Positions 1 through 12,644 of a DNA stretch of 64,000 nt are shown piece by piece. How positions within the stretch are numbered: position 1 is the first letter of the stretch; each line of letters opens with the position of its first letter. The notes under the pieces are model-generated. The model ran no database searches, had not been told where the DNA came from, and worked only from the letters and a program-made list of their open reading frames with translations. Source of the stretch: Octopus sinensis (Eukaryota); the NCBI RefSeq assembly GCF_006345805.1, contig NC_043001.1:101060001-101124000 (forward strand), written 5' to 3'. A program made the position numbers and the translations under genes.

Positions 1-365
1 TTGGGGAAGAGGCCAGTCGATTAGACTGAACCCAGTACACAGCTGATATTTAATTTCTAAACCCCGAAAAGATGAAAGGCAAAGTTGAACTCAGTGGAAT
101 TCAAACTCAAAATGTAAAGACTGATGAAATACTAATTTTTTACTACTCACAAGGGGTTAAATACAGAGAGGACAAACAAGGACAGACAAACGTATTAAGT
201 CGATTATATCGACCCCAGTGCATAACTGGTACTTATTTAATCGACCCCGAAAGGATGAAAGACAAAGTCGACCTTGGCGGAATTTGAACTCAGAATGTAA
301 AGGCTGACGAAATACCGCTAAGCATTTGACCTGTCCTGCTAACATTTCTGCCATCTCACAGCCTT
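1..365 (-). mobile_element. Two adjacent fragments of a SINE family (family B)
   Basis: Reverse-complement matches the repeated unit GAGCTGGCAGAAACGTTAGCA...TTCTGAGTTCAAATTCCGCC...GTCGACTTTGCCTTTCATCCTTTCGGGGTCG seen many times in the window (e.g. 44080-44314). Confidence 0.8.
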
Positions 366-837
366 AAATTTTCCCATTATCATAGGTGCCCTGGGCTGTG
401 TAATAACAAATCTGCATTGAGGCTTAGAAATGTTAGGGTTTTAATGAAAGAATGGCACAGACTGATTTGCATTCTCCAAATACATCAGATGAACAGTGGA
501 ATCTTGTAAAATATTTCAGGGATTCATTATTTGAGGTTCCTTGATGAACATTTGAACACAATCACACATACATATGAATGCACACACACACATAAACAAT
601 AATTAAATGTGTGTTCTATTATGACATGCCCACCCACAAATGCAAGGTTCATCCATACACATACAAGCTCACATGCACATATGCATACATCATCACATTC
701 AGGAGGCCACAAGCTCTCAAGAGTTGGCTTTACAAACAGAAAAGGGGCTTGCCACTCTTTTAGAGACTAGCTTGAATACAGCAATGGAACAAAATTTAAA
801 TATATCTCAAAGAAACCTACATAGATAAATATATATG

Positions 838-1265
838 GAGTGACTGTGTGGTAAGAAGTTTGCTTCCCAACCATATTGTTCCTGGTTCAGCCCCACTGAG
901 GGGCACTCTGAGAAAATGTCTTCTACTATCGTCTCACACTAGCCAAAGCCTTGTGAGTGGATTTAGTAGACAGAAACTGAAAGAAGCCCATCGTGTGTGT
1001 ATGTGTAAACATTATATATATTTATATATGTGTGTGTGTGTTTTTCTGTCTTTGTTTGTCCCCAACCACCACTTGGCACCCGGTGTTGGTGTGTTTACAT
1101 CCCTGTAATGTAATGATTCAACAAAAGAGACTGGTGGAACAAGTAACAGTCTTAAAAAAAATAAGTCCTGGGGTCAATCAATTCATTCAACTAAAATTCC
1201 TTGAGTTGGTGCCCCAGCAAGGCCACAGTCTAATGACTGAAACAAGTAAACGATAAAAGATAAAA
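838..1265 (+). mobile_element. Near full-length tRNA-derived SINE (family A)
   Basis: Head TGACTGTGTGGTAAGAAG...CCTGGTTCAGCCCC (A/B-box-like), central (TA/TG)n, tail ...GACTGAAACAAGTAAA; homologues at 13583, 20851, 31766. Confidence 0.85.
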
Positions 1266-2024
1266 GATTTACACGCACACACATACACACACACACACAT
1301 ACACACACACACATCCACACACACACACATCCACACACACACATATACACACACACATGCATGCACATGCTCGTTCATGCATAATTATTTGTAAAATATT
1401 CCTTTGTCGGGCAGAGAAGACAAGCTGTGTTGTAATCCAGTTCATCTTTCCGACAACAACAACAAGAACCGAATAGTAACATGCTGCTTGTAATACAGAA
1501 GATATTATCACCAGAGTTTGATAATCCTTACTTGTATCAATGTTATCACATGAAGTGCCATATCAGTTACACAACCTTTCAATAGAATACCATTGTATTA
1601 TTTATATCGGTGTTATCCAATAATTTGCCTAACATGCCATATGATAAGCATCATATCAGATTTCTGAGGAACCAGTATCTCATGCTTAGCTTTTTCTAAA
1701 TTTCAAGAAACTAAGCAAACCGTTTAAGCACAATATTCTGATGTTAAGATTTACTTCTATTTAAACTAATTCTATATTTACTCAGTCTCATAATACCATT
1801 CCACCCATTCGGTATAAGATTTATTTCTAATGAATTATCATTGTATTTAAGTGCTATAACTAACTGTCTGACATTATTGTCAATCAAATGGAAGGATTAT
1901 TGCTATAATATGCAATACTTCAAGAAACAAAGGCAAGGAATAATGGATTCTATTGAAAACATAAATATAGTTGTTTTTGCCGTTTTTTCTTCAATAAATA
2001 AATGTTTCTTCATTTATGTCCACA

Positions 2025-2200
2025 GCTACAGGCACGGCTGTGTGGTAAGAAGTTTCCTTCCCAATTGCATGGCTCTGGGTTCAGTCCAACTGTGTGGCAT
2101 CTTGAGCAAATGTCTTCTACTAAAGTTCTAGCTAACCAAAACCTTGTGAGTGGGTTTGGTAGATGGAAACTAGAAGAATGTGAATATATATATTTATATA
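2025..2200 (+). mobile_element. Family A SINE head (truncated)
   Basis: GGCTGTGTGGTAAGAAGTTTCC...GGTTCAGTCC...GGAAACTAGAAGAA. Confidence 0.75.
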
Positions 2201-2312
2201 TAATATAGGATAAAATTTTCAAAAAATTTTATCAGTGGCCAGCATATTAAAAAATACCTTTTAAGGTGAAAATTATGAACAACTTATAAATAAGAGCAAA
2301 AGAAAAAAATTT

Positions 2313-2644
2313 CTATGCCAAATATGCCGAGAATAGACTTTAAATTGTCATTAGCTACATATAATTAATTCATCACTATATGCATGCAACTTGAAGCAAG
2401 CTGACAGAAATTTCTAAAAAATTCCGTTATTACCGAATCGGTCTGATTTCTAAGTTAATTCATAAAGAATTTACTGCTGCTGATGAGAAAATTCTTTATG
2501 AATTAACTCAGAAATCACACTGATTTGGTAATAATGGAATTTTAAAGAAATTTCTGTCAGCTTGCTTCAAGACACATACTTATAGGGATGAATTATATGT
2601 GGTTATTGACGATTTGAAGTCTATTCTTGGCATATTTGACATAG
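2313..2644. repeat. Long imperfect palindrome (fold-back/MITE-like), ~160-bp arms
   Basis: CTATGCCAAATATGCCGAGAATAGACTT...GAATTT / AAATTC...AAGTCTATTCTTGGCATATTTGACATAG with a ~16-nt loop at 2473-2488. Confidence 0.85.
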
Positions 2645-2899
2645 GTTAGTAGAGTTAGCGGTTGGAATAACCATCTAAGAGATAAGAATATCCGTTTTTA
2701 CTCCTGGTATACATTACCTATGTTAACCATGGGCATGGATATGCAAATCTAGGAGACAGGCAATAACAAAATAAACAACAGTTTATCTGGAATCAAATTT
2801 ATATTAAGAAGTAAAAGTTTTGCATTAAAAAAATAATAATTGATGGTAGTCAATTTGTTTGTTGATCAAGAATTTTCTCCATTTACTACTTAATTTAAA

Positions 2900-3100
2900 T
2901 TTATGTATATATATATATATACATACTTAATCCAAACATGAAAACACAAAGAGAAAAAACACAATGCGAGGACGTGGAACAAATATAGTATTATTGGATG
3001 CTCAGGAAGGAAGGAAAGAAGGAGGGTTTTACGTTTTGAGCAGAACTCTTTGTCAGAAACATAGGAAAAAGAAAGATCCAGAGAAGGGAAGACGGAGGAA
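2900..3100 (-). mobile_element. Short repeat carrying a decayed hammerhead motif (probable Penelope-like pLTR remnant)
   Basis: Minus strand GTTT-CTGACAA-A-GAGT-TCT-GCTC-AAAAC-GTA-AAAC at 3060-3026; element boundaries approximate. Confidence 0.5.
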
Positions 3101-3104
3101 AAAA

Positions 3105-3480
3105 AAATCGCCAATGGTACACATGCGGTCACAATCATTGCCAGAGTGGCTATCTCGCCTCCATACCGGTGGCACATAAAAGACACCATTCAAGAGTGAG
3201 CGTTATCAGCATTGCCTTACTGGTACCTGTGCTGGTGGCATGTGTAAAAGATTCGAGTGAGGTCGTTGCCAGTACCACCTGACTGGCCCCATACCGGTGG
3301 CACGTAAAAAGCACCCATTACACTCTCGGAGTGGTTGGCGTTAGGAAGGGCATCCAACTGTAGAAACACTGCCAGGTCAGACTGGAGCCTGGTGCAGCCA
3401 TCTGGTTCGCCAGCCCTCAGTCAATCGTCTAATCCATTCTAGCATGGAAAGCGAACGTTAAACGATGATGATGATGATGA
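3105..3480 (+). mobile_element. RTE LINE 3'-end fragment with (GAT)n tail
   Basis: CACCCATTACACTCTCGGAGTGGTTGGCGTTAGGAAGGGCATCC...GAACGTTAAACGATGATGATG; same 3' end terminates the RTE ORF copies at 39776-39940. Confidence 0.8.
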
Positions 3481-4849
3481 TATAGGTATGTGTCTTTGTG
3501 TCTGTGTTTGTCCCCCACCGCCACCATCCCCACTTGACAACCAGTGTTAGTATGTCCATCCTCTTGTAACTTAGTGATTTGGCAAAAAAGACCAACTGAA
3601 TAAGTACTGGGGCTAGTTTGACTAAATATTCCTCAAGGTGGTGCCCAAGCATGGCCACAGTCTGATGACTGAAACAAGTGGGAGATAAAAAAAAAACCTA
3701 TACATGGTAGGAGGAGGAAAATGTAACTGCAGATATAAAGACAAGTTAAAAAATCTATAAAGCAACTAAGAACAACCAATTGACAAAGGGGTGGAGAAGT
3801 CCCCACCCAGGTAGGATCCAGACACTACTTTGACCACTTCCAGTTGTTAGTAATACTATTTGGTCATGAATTTCATTTATGAGACTTGGTTCAACTAAAT
3901 GTTTTCAAGGTGGTGCTCTAGAATGGCCATAGTCTAAAAAGCAAAGCAAATACAAGATAAATGATAATAAAAAAAAATAATTCGTTTCTCTGCTGGTATC
4001 AGCTGGACAAGTATTTGAAGCAATATTGCTAAAAGATGGTGTTCGAGAGCCTCCAAAGACAATGGACACATCTGCTTCCTTGTGAAACCAGAAAAAAATA
4101 GGTCCTTCACGTGTTTTTCAGATCTATTTCCTTTGTTTTAACCCATTCGACCTGTTTGCTCAAGAAAGTTAAAAAATGAGGATAATATTTTTCACAGTAA
4201 AAACTCTTGAGTGAATTTGGAATTTATTTTCTGTAATATGTTTATCAATCATAATTAGAAATTTAATAATAATTTCTCAGAAAACTAATCTAATAAACTC
4301 TTCAAAAACTAGTAAGAAGAAGTGAGAGTTATGCATTTCCTAATAAAACAGTTCCGAACGACAGCATTTGACTACTTGTAGCCATTATTAATGTTTATGA
4401 CCAATATCAAGTGAGACATAATATCAAAATGGATTTTCGGGGAGCAATAAGCAGTGTCATAAATATATATTCTCTTCTCTATTCTTTCACAGCAAAACCA
4501 TTGATAATTTCTAGATATTTTATAGATCAGTGTAAAGAGATGCAAAGGATTCCATTGCAAGGCTCGAATAAGGATTTGTTGTCCGTGCAGTCTCAATGAT
4601 TTAATGATGGAATTAATGACAACGTTTCGAAAAAGAGTTGCCCTTTCAGAAGTGTATTGCAACCTCTTCTTCTTCTTCTTCTTCTTCTTCTTCTTCTTCT
4701 TCTTCTTCTCTTTCTTTTCTCCTCTTCCTCCCCTCCTCCCTCTGCTCCTACTTCGCTTTCCTCCTCCTCCTCTTCTTCCTTTCTTCTTCTTATTCATCTC
4801 CTTCTCCTCTTTCTTTTTTCTCCCCCTTCTTTTGCACCTTCTTATATAT

Positions 4850-5015
4850 ATATGACAGGCTTATTTCAGTTTCCATTTACCAAATCCACTCACAAGGCTT
4901 TGGTCGGCCCAAGGCTATAGTAGAAGACACTTGCCCAAGGTGCCACACAGTGGAACTGAACCCAGAACCATGCAGTTGGTAAGCAAGCTACTTACCACAC
5001 AGCCACTCCTGTGCA
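4850..5015 (-). mobile_element. Family A SINE head
   Basis: Reverse-complement of GGAGTGGCTGTGTGGTAAGTAGCTTGCTT...GGTTCAGTTCCACTG...GGAAACTGAAA. Confidence 0.8.
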
Positions 5016-5460
5016 TACATTGTCATATTTACAAATGCAAACATTCAAGCTGTTATGCACAATTATTTCCAAAAATATACAAGTAAAATCTACAAATACA
5101 AAACGGTATTTTTGCAGAAAAATCAGCCTGATGTAGAATATAACAAAGCTTGGCTTTTGAATTACTGAATCAAATGGAAAACACAGTTTTTGATTTCTTG
5201 GTTCCATTAAAAAGTTCCAGGTTGATGTGATGCTATGGAAAGAAACACTTGCTTGATATGCCCTGCAGGAGGATCGTTCCTGGGACCTCAAAATTGCGAA
5301 AGCTGAGTCTCTCATACATACTATTCATTTCAAATTTTGGCACAAGGCCAGCAATTTCGGGGGAGGGGGACAAGTTGATTACATCAACATCCAGTCCTCA
5401 ACTGCTACTTATTTTATCGATCATGAAAGAATGTAAAGCAAAGTCAACCTTGGCAGAATT

Positions 5461-5986
5461 TGAACTCTGAACATAAAGACAGCTGAAATAATACTAAGCC
5501 TCTTGCCCAGCATCTAAGCAGTTCTACCAGCCTAGCATCTTTCTTTGATATATAATATTGATTTTCTTCTCAAATGCAAGCCCAAATATTCTGTTCTACT
5601 CTAGGCACAGTGCCCAAAATTTTTTGGTGAGGGGGCCAGCCAATTAGCTTGACCCCAGTATGCAACTGGAGCTTAATTTATCAACCCCGAATGGAAGAAA
5701 GGCAAAGTCAACCTCAGCAAATTTGAACTCTGAACATAAAGACAGCTGAAATAATACTAAGCCTCTTGCCCAGCATCTAAGCAGTTCTACCAGCCTAGCA
5801 TCTTTCTTTGATATATAATATTGATTTTCTTCTCAAATGCAAGCCCAAATATTCTGTTCTACTCTAGGCACAGTGCCCAAAATTTTTTGGTGAGGGGGCC
5901 AGCCAATTAGCTTGACCCCAGTATGCAACTGGAGCTTAATTTATCAACCCCGAACGGAAGAAAGGCAAAGTCAACCTCAGCAAATT
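5461..5986. repeat. Tandem duplication, 2 x 263 bp (SINE B fragment plus unique DNA)
   Basis: TGAACTCTGAACATAAAGACAG recurs at 5461 and 5724, and TGAACTC at 5987; copies essentially identical. Confidence 0.9.
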
Positions 5987-6959
5987 TGAACTCAGGGCTT
6001 AAAGACATGAAATACCACTAAGCATTCCGCCTGGCTTGCTAACGTCTCTAGGCACAAGGGCTGGAATTTTGGGGGAAGGGGGCCAGTCGATTAGCTCGAC
6101 CCCAGTATGTAGCAGGTACTTAATTTATCCACCCCAAAAGAATGAAAGGCAAAGTTGACCTTGGCAGAATTTGAACACAGAATGTAAAGACAGACGAAAT
6201 GTCGATCAGCCTTCTGCCAGACATGCTAACGTTTCTGCCAACTTGCCACCTTAATGTAAGCCCAAATATTGCCAAAAAAATCGTTCCAGTTGATTGGTAT
6301 GAACATAGTATATTACTGGTACTTATTTTTTAACCCCACCCCCTTTGCCCCATGTGCTATAAAATTAAATGCTATAAAGATTCTAGGAGTGTATTCTGTG
6401 CTCATAATTGATAAATCTACAAGTAAATCTATCGATTTTACTTCCTGGTAACCTAAAAATATTATGATAACTTATCCCTAGTTAACCAATTTATAATTAC
6501 ACCAATTCTAATTCAAGATTTATTCTACATTTCACTGTTTGTAGTCGAAGCAAGATTCCACACTGTAAATTTTTCCTGGCCCATCCTTATCCTTTGTGTT
6601 TCTCAGTAATTTTTGCCAAATAAGTATCAGCTTCCCTTATCACATTTCCATACGTACAAAACTGTCACATAAAACAATTTTAGTATAATTCTGCAGTCTT
6701 CTAGAACATTTGTAGTGCAGTGAAGTGTAATGAAGTGTAGGGCCTCAGATGCTTTCTCGGCTCTCTCTGTTCCACACACACTCTCTCTTGCTCTCCTCCT
6801 TACTCCCTCTCTCTCTTTCCTTCTTCCTCTCTCATATTCATATTATACACTTAATGGTTTATGCTCAAATCATTCCTCTTCTGTCTCTGCAACTTTTCTG
6901 ATTCTATTACCCAATGTTTCAACTATCATCGATATTTTATCTTACATACTCTTTTTCAT

Positions 6960-6997
<38 letters not shown>

Positions 6998-7299
6998 ACC
7001 ATATTTAAACCATGCCAGATAGTATCATACTAACAACAACAACAACAACTTCTGAGTCATCATCACAATTTACTCGACACAATCTCCCTAAAACAGAATC
7101 CCCTTCAAAAAAAAAAAAAAAAAATAATAATAATAATAAGTCTGACAATATTGCTGACTCTGGAGCAAAACAAAAGAAGAAAAACTTCAATGCAAACCTA
7201 AAACAGTTTATAAATGAATCTTGTAATATTCAGAATGGATTGTAGCTTTAACATCATCGATAGAAATGAAATCATTCTAAATATTTTTGCTCAGCATAA

Positions 7300-7560
7300 G
7301 TATGCCACTGCACTACACCGAGATACACTACACAACACTGTCATACACTCTGGTACACAGTGGAACACTACATTACTCTGTATTATATTGTAGTACAAAA
7401 TGGTACACTCTAGTACACTGTATTACACTGCTGTATACAGTACTTCACGGTGCAACATTACACTTCATTTAACAGTGGTACACTATATTACACTACATCA
7501 TACAAGACTGTACTGCACTCCACTGAGGTATACTATATTGTGTAGGCAAAACGATTGTCA
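7300..7560. repeat. Decayed (TACAC)n-like pentanucleotide repeat
   Basis: Recurrent TACAC/TACAT/TGTAC units. Confidence 0.6.
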
Positions 7561-7604
7561 TGCTAAATAAAGCTTACAGTACACTCCATCTTCCCTATCA
7601 ATTA

Positions 7605-7641
<37 letters not shown>

Positions 7642-7699
7642 TTTAGCAAAGTAGCATGAAATGATTGTACTACACTACCTTGAATATCTTTGTTGCTTA

Positions 7700-7749
<50 letters not shown>

Positions 7750-7763
<14 letters not shown>

Positions 7764-7868
7764 AGAGAGTGAGAGAAGAAGAGAGTGAGAGAAGAAGAGA
7801 GAGAGAGAAGAAGAGAGAGAGAGAAGAAGAGAGTGAGAGAAGAAGAGAATGAGAGAAGAAGAGAGATT
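7750..7868. repeat. Purine minisatellite (~16-bp GAGAGAAGAAGAGAGT units)
   Basis: Direct inspection. Confidence 0.8.
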
Positions 7869-8229
7869 ATCAACATCATATATGTATGTGCATGGGTGTG
7901 TATTTTTTGTATATCCTACATTAAACGAAAGACGTGAACAAACATAAGAAAGAAAAAGCTAGTGAAAATCCTTTGTGGCTTTTGCTGCTGGAAATTTAGT
8001 GAACCATTCCTTGACTCATTCCTTGACTTTTGTCCCTAAATGTTAACATAAAACACAAAAATAAGTCAGGAAATTTTGAAACCTGCATTCAGAAAAGTTC
8101 AATTATTTTTCTGAAATAAAACAAGTAGACATTTTTTATCTCCAACTTAACATGGATATCTTATCAGAACATCAAGTACTGCCTTATTAACCTGAAGAGA
8201 TCCTCTTATATATAGGCACTCGGTGCATT

Positions 8230-8523
8230 AAAGCACATGCATAGATCTTAGGCGATAAAAATTGTCTGCCGTGAGCACCAGAATTCCCATATCCCATGAT
8301 TTCATTCTACTAGAATTTGTCAGTGGGGAGCATCCGGTCACCACACGCCAGTCAAATCATGCTGCCACGATGTATAGAACACTAGCATCTTTTCAGACAC
8401 TGATGTCACAAATGGTCAGCAGGTTCATTAGAAATTGATTATTAGCAGGGGAAGAAGCATTAATATCAAAGGGTAATCTTTATATCCAACTTAACGTGGA
8501 TATCTTGTTTGGAACACCCGTCA
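8230..8523 (+). mobile_element. Possible degenerate Tc1/mariner (DD37D-like) 3' end
   Basis: Frameshifted LP*APEFP..HDFIL resembles WPPRSPDLTPLDFFLW; ends GATATCTTGTTTGGAACACCCGTCA (TIR-like); a similar 36-bp motif lies at 8137-8172. Confidence 0.3.
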
Positions 8524-9114
8524 TTAGTTGTGCCATTGTCTCAAGCATCAGTTGCAAGATATATTAATGATTTTTAAGATTGATACATGTCGCTACATTC
8601 ACTGAGAGTGGAACCATTGTTCTTTGGTAGTCAAATCGATTCTGGGAAACTGTAAAGCAAAGTCACCTACAGCAGGATCTGAACTCATGCAATGTGTAAT
8701 AAAACCGACTTAATCCAGATAATTCCTTCTCTCTAATTAGCTGCTATGCTGCTTTGCATTGATGTTCTTCAGCTATAGAATTCTTACATTCACCAAGAGA
8801 ACAATGTGTCTTATTCAATGAAATAACATAAGTGAGTGTGACTGCTAACACATACATGCATACATGCATACACGTATATTCGTATGTGTGTATGTGTGTG
8901 TGTATATATATATATATATGCATGTGTTTATGCATGTGGTTAGTAAATCTAGTTTGCTTAATTTAGGTATACTTATCCAAGATGTCGCACACCTGCTTAC
9001 GTTAACAACAGTTACAAGAACAACTTAAGTAGCAGCTATCATTACTGTGGCAGATTCTTTAATGATTCTGCCATTGGTACAGCAACTATCATAATTAAAT
9101 CAAGAACCACCAAC

Positions 9115-9263
9115 ATTGACTGCCGCCACCACCACCACCACCACCACCACCACCACCATCGCTACCACCAATGCCTTTACGATACCACTTGTACTTGCTG
9201 CTGTCATAGTAAATACAAACATTGCCATCAATCATCGTCATCACCATCATCATTATCATCACC

Positions 9264-9294
<31 letters not shown>

Positions 9295-9480
9295 CTACCA
9301 TTATCATCATCATCAATATTGTGGTCATCAGTGCCATACTCCTCACCCCACCACCACCACAACTGAATCAACAACAACAGCAACAACAACAAGAAGAAGA
9401 AGAAGAAGAACAACAACAACAACGACAGCAATTCCAGCCATAGCATGTAGTTGCTGTTGTTGCCGATATCTTCATTGGCA
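9115..9480. repeat. Mosaic triplet microsatellite (ACC/CAT/AAC/AAG)
   Basis: Direct inspection; source of poly-T/H/Q ORFs. Confidence 0.9.
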
Positions 9481-9774
9481 ACAACAGCCACAAGACCGCC
9501 ATGACCACCCTCACCAAACATTCCATTCCCCTTCAACTCCAGCATTGCTGCTTGACACTTCCATCATCAATTATCCCTAGCACCAGAAAAACAGTCAAAG
9601 ATGGTGACAGATGCTGGAGGGCATTGAGGAGCTGACAAACGCTGCCATCCCTTTGCGTAGAGAAGATGACCTTGGAATTACAAAGCTTACTTGAAGAATG
9701 CTTATGAGGCTGTAACTCTGATTACAATGACTCACCTACGCCGATACAGACACGGGTTTTCGAGGAAAGCAACG

Positions 9775-9788
9775 ATGATAATAATAAT

Positions 9789-9849
<61 letters not shown>

Positions 9850-10065
9850 GTAATAGTAATAATAATAGTAATAATAATAATAATAATAATAATTGTAGTA
9901 GTAGTAGTAATAATAGTAGTAGTAATAATAATAATAATAATAATGATAATAATAATAATAATAATTACAATAATAATAATAATAATAGTAATAATAATAA
10001 TATTAATAATAATAATATTAATAATAATAATATTAATAATAATAATAGTAATAATAACAATAATG

Positions 10066-10116
<51 letters not shown>

Positions 10117-10250
10117 TAATAATAATAATGATAATAATAATAATAATAATTACAATAATAATAATAATAATAGTAATAATAATAATATTAATAATAATAA
10201 TATTAATAATAATAATATTAATAATAATAATAGTAATAATAACAATAATG

Positions 10251-10316
<66 letters not shown>

Positions 10317-10390
10317 TGATGATGATGATGATGATGATAATAATAACAATAATAATGATAATAATAATAATAATAATAATAATAGTAATA
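9775..10390. repeat. ~615-bp (AAT)n array with variant units
   Basis: Direct inspection. Confidence 0.95.
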
Positions 10391-10834
10391 CAATGCTCAT
10401 ACCATGAAAAGTGGAGACAGAGAAGAAAAAGACGCAACTTAAGCCAGCAGCTGAAAGTGTAGCTGCATTGGAAAGTTGTAGAATCTTTGCTGTTTAAATT
10501 GCTTCCTTCTGAAAAGATGAACTTGTTGAAGTGGATGAAGAAGTAGGAACATTTGAACCGGGTCTCAGTTTGCAGAGTCACACATTTCATGAATAGTTTG
10601 GCAGAGACATAATGATGATGATGATGATGACGATGATGAGAGGCAGAAGAAGAAGTAAAAGTTAGAGCCATCATCATCATCATCATCATCAAACACTACT
10701 AGTTATTTGGTAGAGAGAACGCATTCACTTTTACGTACACACAAAACACTACATATTCGTTTAACACAAGAACGAGTGCCTGAAAAGACCAACACACACA
10801 CACACACACACACATGCACACTCACATATATATG

Positions 10835-11063
10835 TTTCTTTACTACCCACAAGGGGCTACACACAGAAGGGACAAACAAGGACAGACAAAGGGATTAAGT
10901 TGATTACATCGACCCCAGTGCGTAACTGGTACTTATTAAATCGACCCCGAAAGGATGAATGGCAAAGTCGACTTTGGTGGAATTTGAACTCAGAACATAA
11001 CGGCAGACGAAATACGGCTACGCATTTCGCCCGGCGTGCTAACGGTTCTGCCAGCTCGCCGCC
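10835..11063 (-). mobile_element. Full-length family B SINE
   Basis: Reverse-complement GGCGGCGAGCTGGCAGAACCGTTAGCACG...GGGTAGTAAAGAAA; ACTCACATATATAT occurs on both sides (TSD-like). Confidence 0.9.
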
Positions 11064-11271
11064 TTCACATATACTCACATATATATATATGCACACATAG
11101 CCAAACACATATCACCTGTCCACAGTCACTAATGTAATGAATACCTGTATCAGAGACTTTGTAATGTTATCACTTCTCCCTCAGACATATCCCAGATATC
11201 CAACAACTTTCTGTCTGTCTGTCTGTCACTATTTATTTAGTATTATCTATCTGTAAATCTAACTACATACA

Positions 11272-11461
11272 TATATATCGTCATCATCTTCATCATCATC
11301 ATCATCATCATTACCATCATCACCATCATCATCATCATCATCATCATCATCCTCATCATCATCATCATCACCATCATCATCGTCATCATCATCATCATCA
11401 TCATCATCTTCATCATCACCATCATCACCATCCTCATCATCATCATCATCGCCTTCAACAT

Positions 11462-11518
<57 letters not shown>

Positions 11519-11617
11519 CATCATCTTCATCATCTTCATCATCATCATCATCATCATCATCACCATCACCACCATCACCATCATCATCATCATCATCTTC
11601 ATCATCATCATCATCAT
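11272..11617. repeat. (CAT)n array, probable expanded RTE (GAT)n tail
   Basis: Directly abuts a minus-strand RTE 3' end (TTTAATGTCCGTTCTCCA at 11617). Confidence 0.9.
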
Positions 11618-11704
11618 TTAATGTCCGTTCTCCAAGCTGGCCTAGCTTGGACAGGTTGACAGAAGCTGCCCAACTGGAGAACTGCCTAGGCTCCTTTTGT
11701 CTGT

Positions 11705-12000
11705 TTCAGCATACCCCCATCTTTGAGCCACTCCATCTTCTCACAGCATCATCTGCTATAGTCATGTCTTCCTCATCCCTAAACATCTCCCCCCACACTC
11801 TTATAGAACATTTATCTCCTGTCCCTTCTGTACTTCCTGTGTTCCCCCACCCCCTGCCATTCCCTGTAGATAAGCCCAAATACATCTCCAACACCATCTA
11901 TTACTCCCCCTCTCTCTATCTGACTATGTCTCGATCTTTCTCACCAACTCTCTCTCTCTCTCTCTCTCTCACATCTTCCTTCTCCTTCCTCGTCCTACTC
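11705..12000 (-). mobile_element. Possible degenerate RTE reverse-transcriptase fragment
   Basis: GEMFRDEEDMTIADDAVRR resembles RTE EFRTGCPWELLYADDLVL; lies next to an RTE 3' end on the same strand. Confidence 0.35.
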
Positions 12001-12134
12001 CTCACATGGTCATGTACCTCTTTCATAGTATGGCTACTCTCTGTCCTCCTGTCATACTCTCACCTCTCCCCTGGCACACACCCACTTTCCTCAGTTCCAC
12101 TCCCTCTCGCAGCGGAGAGGTCTTCATCTTGTAT

Positions 12135-12330
12135 GATATTTAATAATCCCACTGGTGTTGGTGCCATGCGAAAAGCACCCGGTGCCACTCTGTCAAGTGG
12201 TTGGTGTTAGGAAGGGCATCCAGCCATAGAAAGCAAGCTGAAACAGACAAATGGAATCTGGTGTGGCGCCTGGTTTTGCCAGTTCCTGTCAGACTGTTCA
12301 AGCCATACCAGCATGGAAGATTCATGTTAA

Positions 12331-12377
<47 letters not shown>

Positions 12378-12590
12378 CATGATCATGATGATGATCATGA
12401 TGATGATGATCATGATGATGTTGATGATGATGGTGATGATGATGATGATAGTGATGGTAGTGATGATGATGAGGATGATGATGGTGGTGGTGGTGGTGGT
12501 GGTGGTAGTGGTGGTGGTGGTTGTGGTGGTGGTGTTGGTGATGGTGGTGGTGATGTCGATGGTGATAATGATGATAACATATGTATGTAG
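12135..12590 (+). mobile_element. RTE 3'-end fragment with expanded (GAT/GGT)n tail
   Basis: GGTTGGTGTTAGGAAGGGCATCCAGCC...TTAAAGGATGATG. Confidence 0.75.
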
Positions 12591-12644
12591 AATGTACATC
12601 AGCCACAGAGGCGGTATTAACTCCAAGAGTTAATATTCATCCCC

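Noticed and set aside
2479-2495. CTGATGAG in the palindrome loop as a hammerhead
   Set aside because: No stem II plus GAAA-NUH arrangement.
3660-3680. CTGATGACTGAAAC (also CTGATGAGATGAAA at ~19126)
   Set aside because: No stem II between the core halves; the first is a chance variant of the SINE tail CTAATGACTGAAAC.
4615-4655. Minus-strand CTGAAAG...CGAAACGTT hammerhead-like string
   Set aside because: The core lacks G8/A9 and no stem I can be formed; at best a very decayed relic.
5228-5306. CLICPAGG..NCES cysteine motif
   Set aside because: Bounded by in-frame TGA codons and too short to support a domain call.
7012-7245. 77-aa ORF MPDSIILTTT...
   Set aside because: Contains microsatellite and poly-A tracts; no recognisable homology or splice context.
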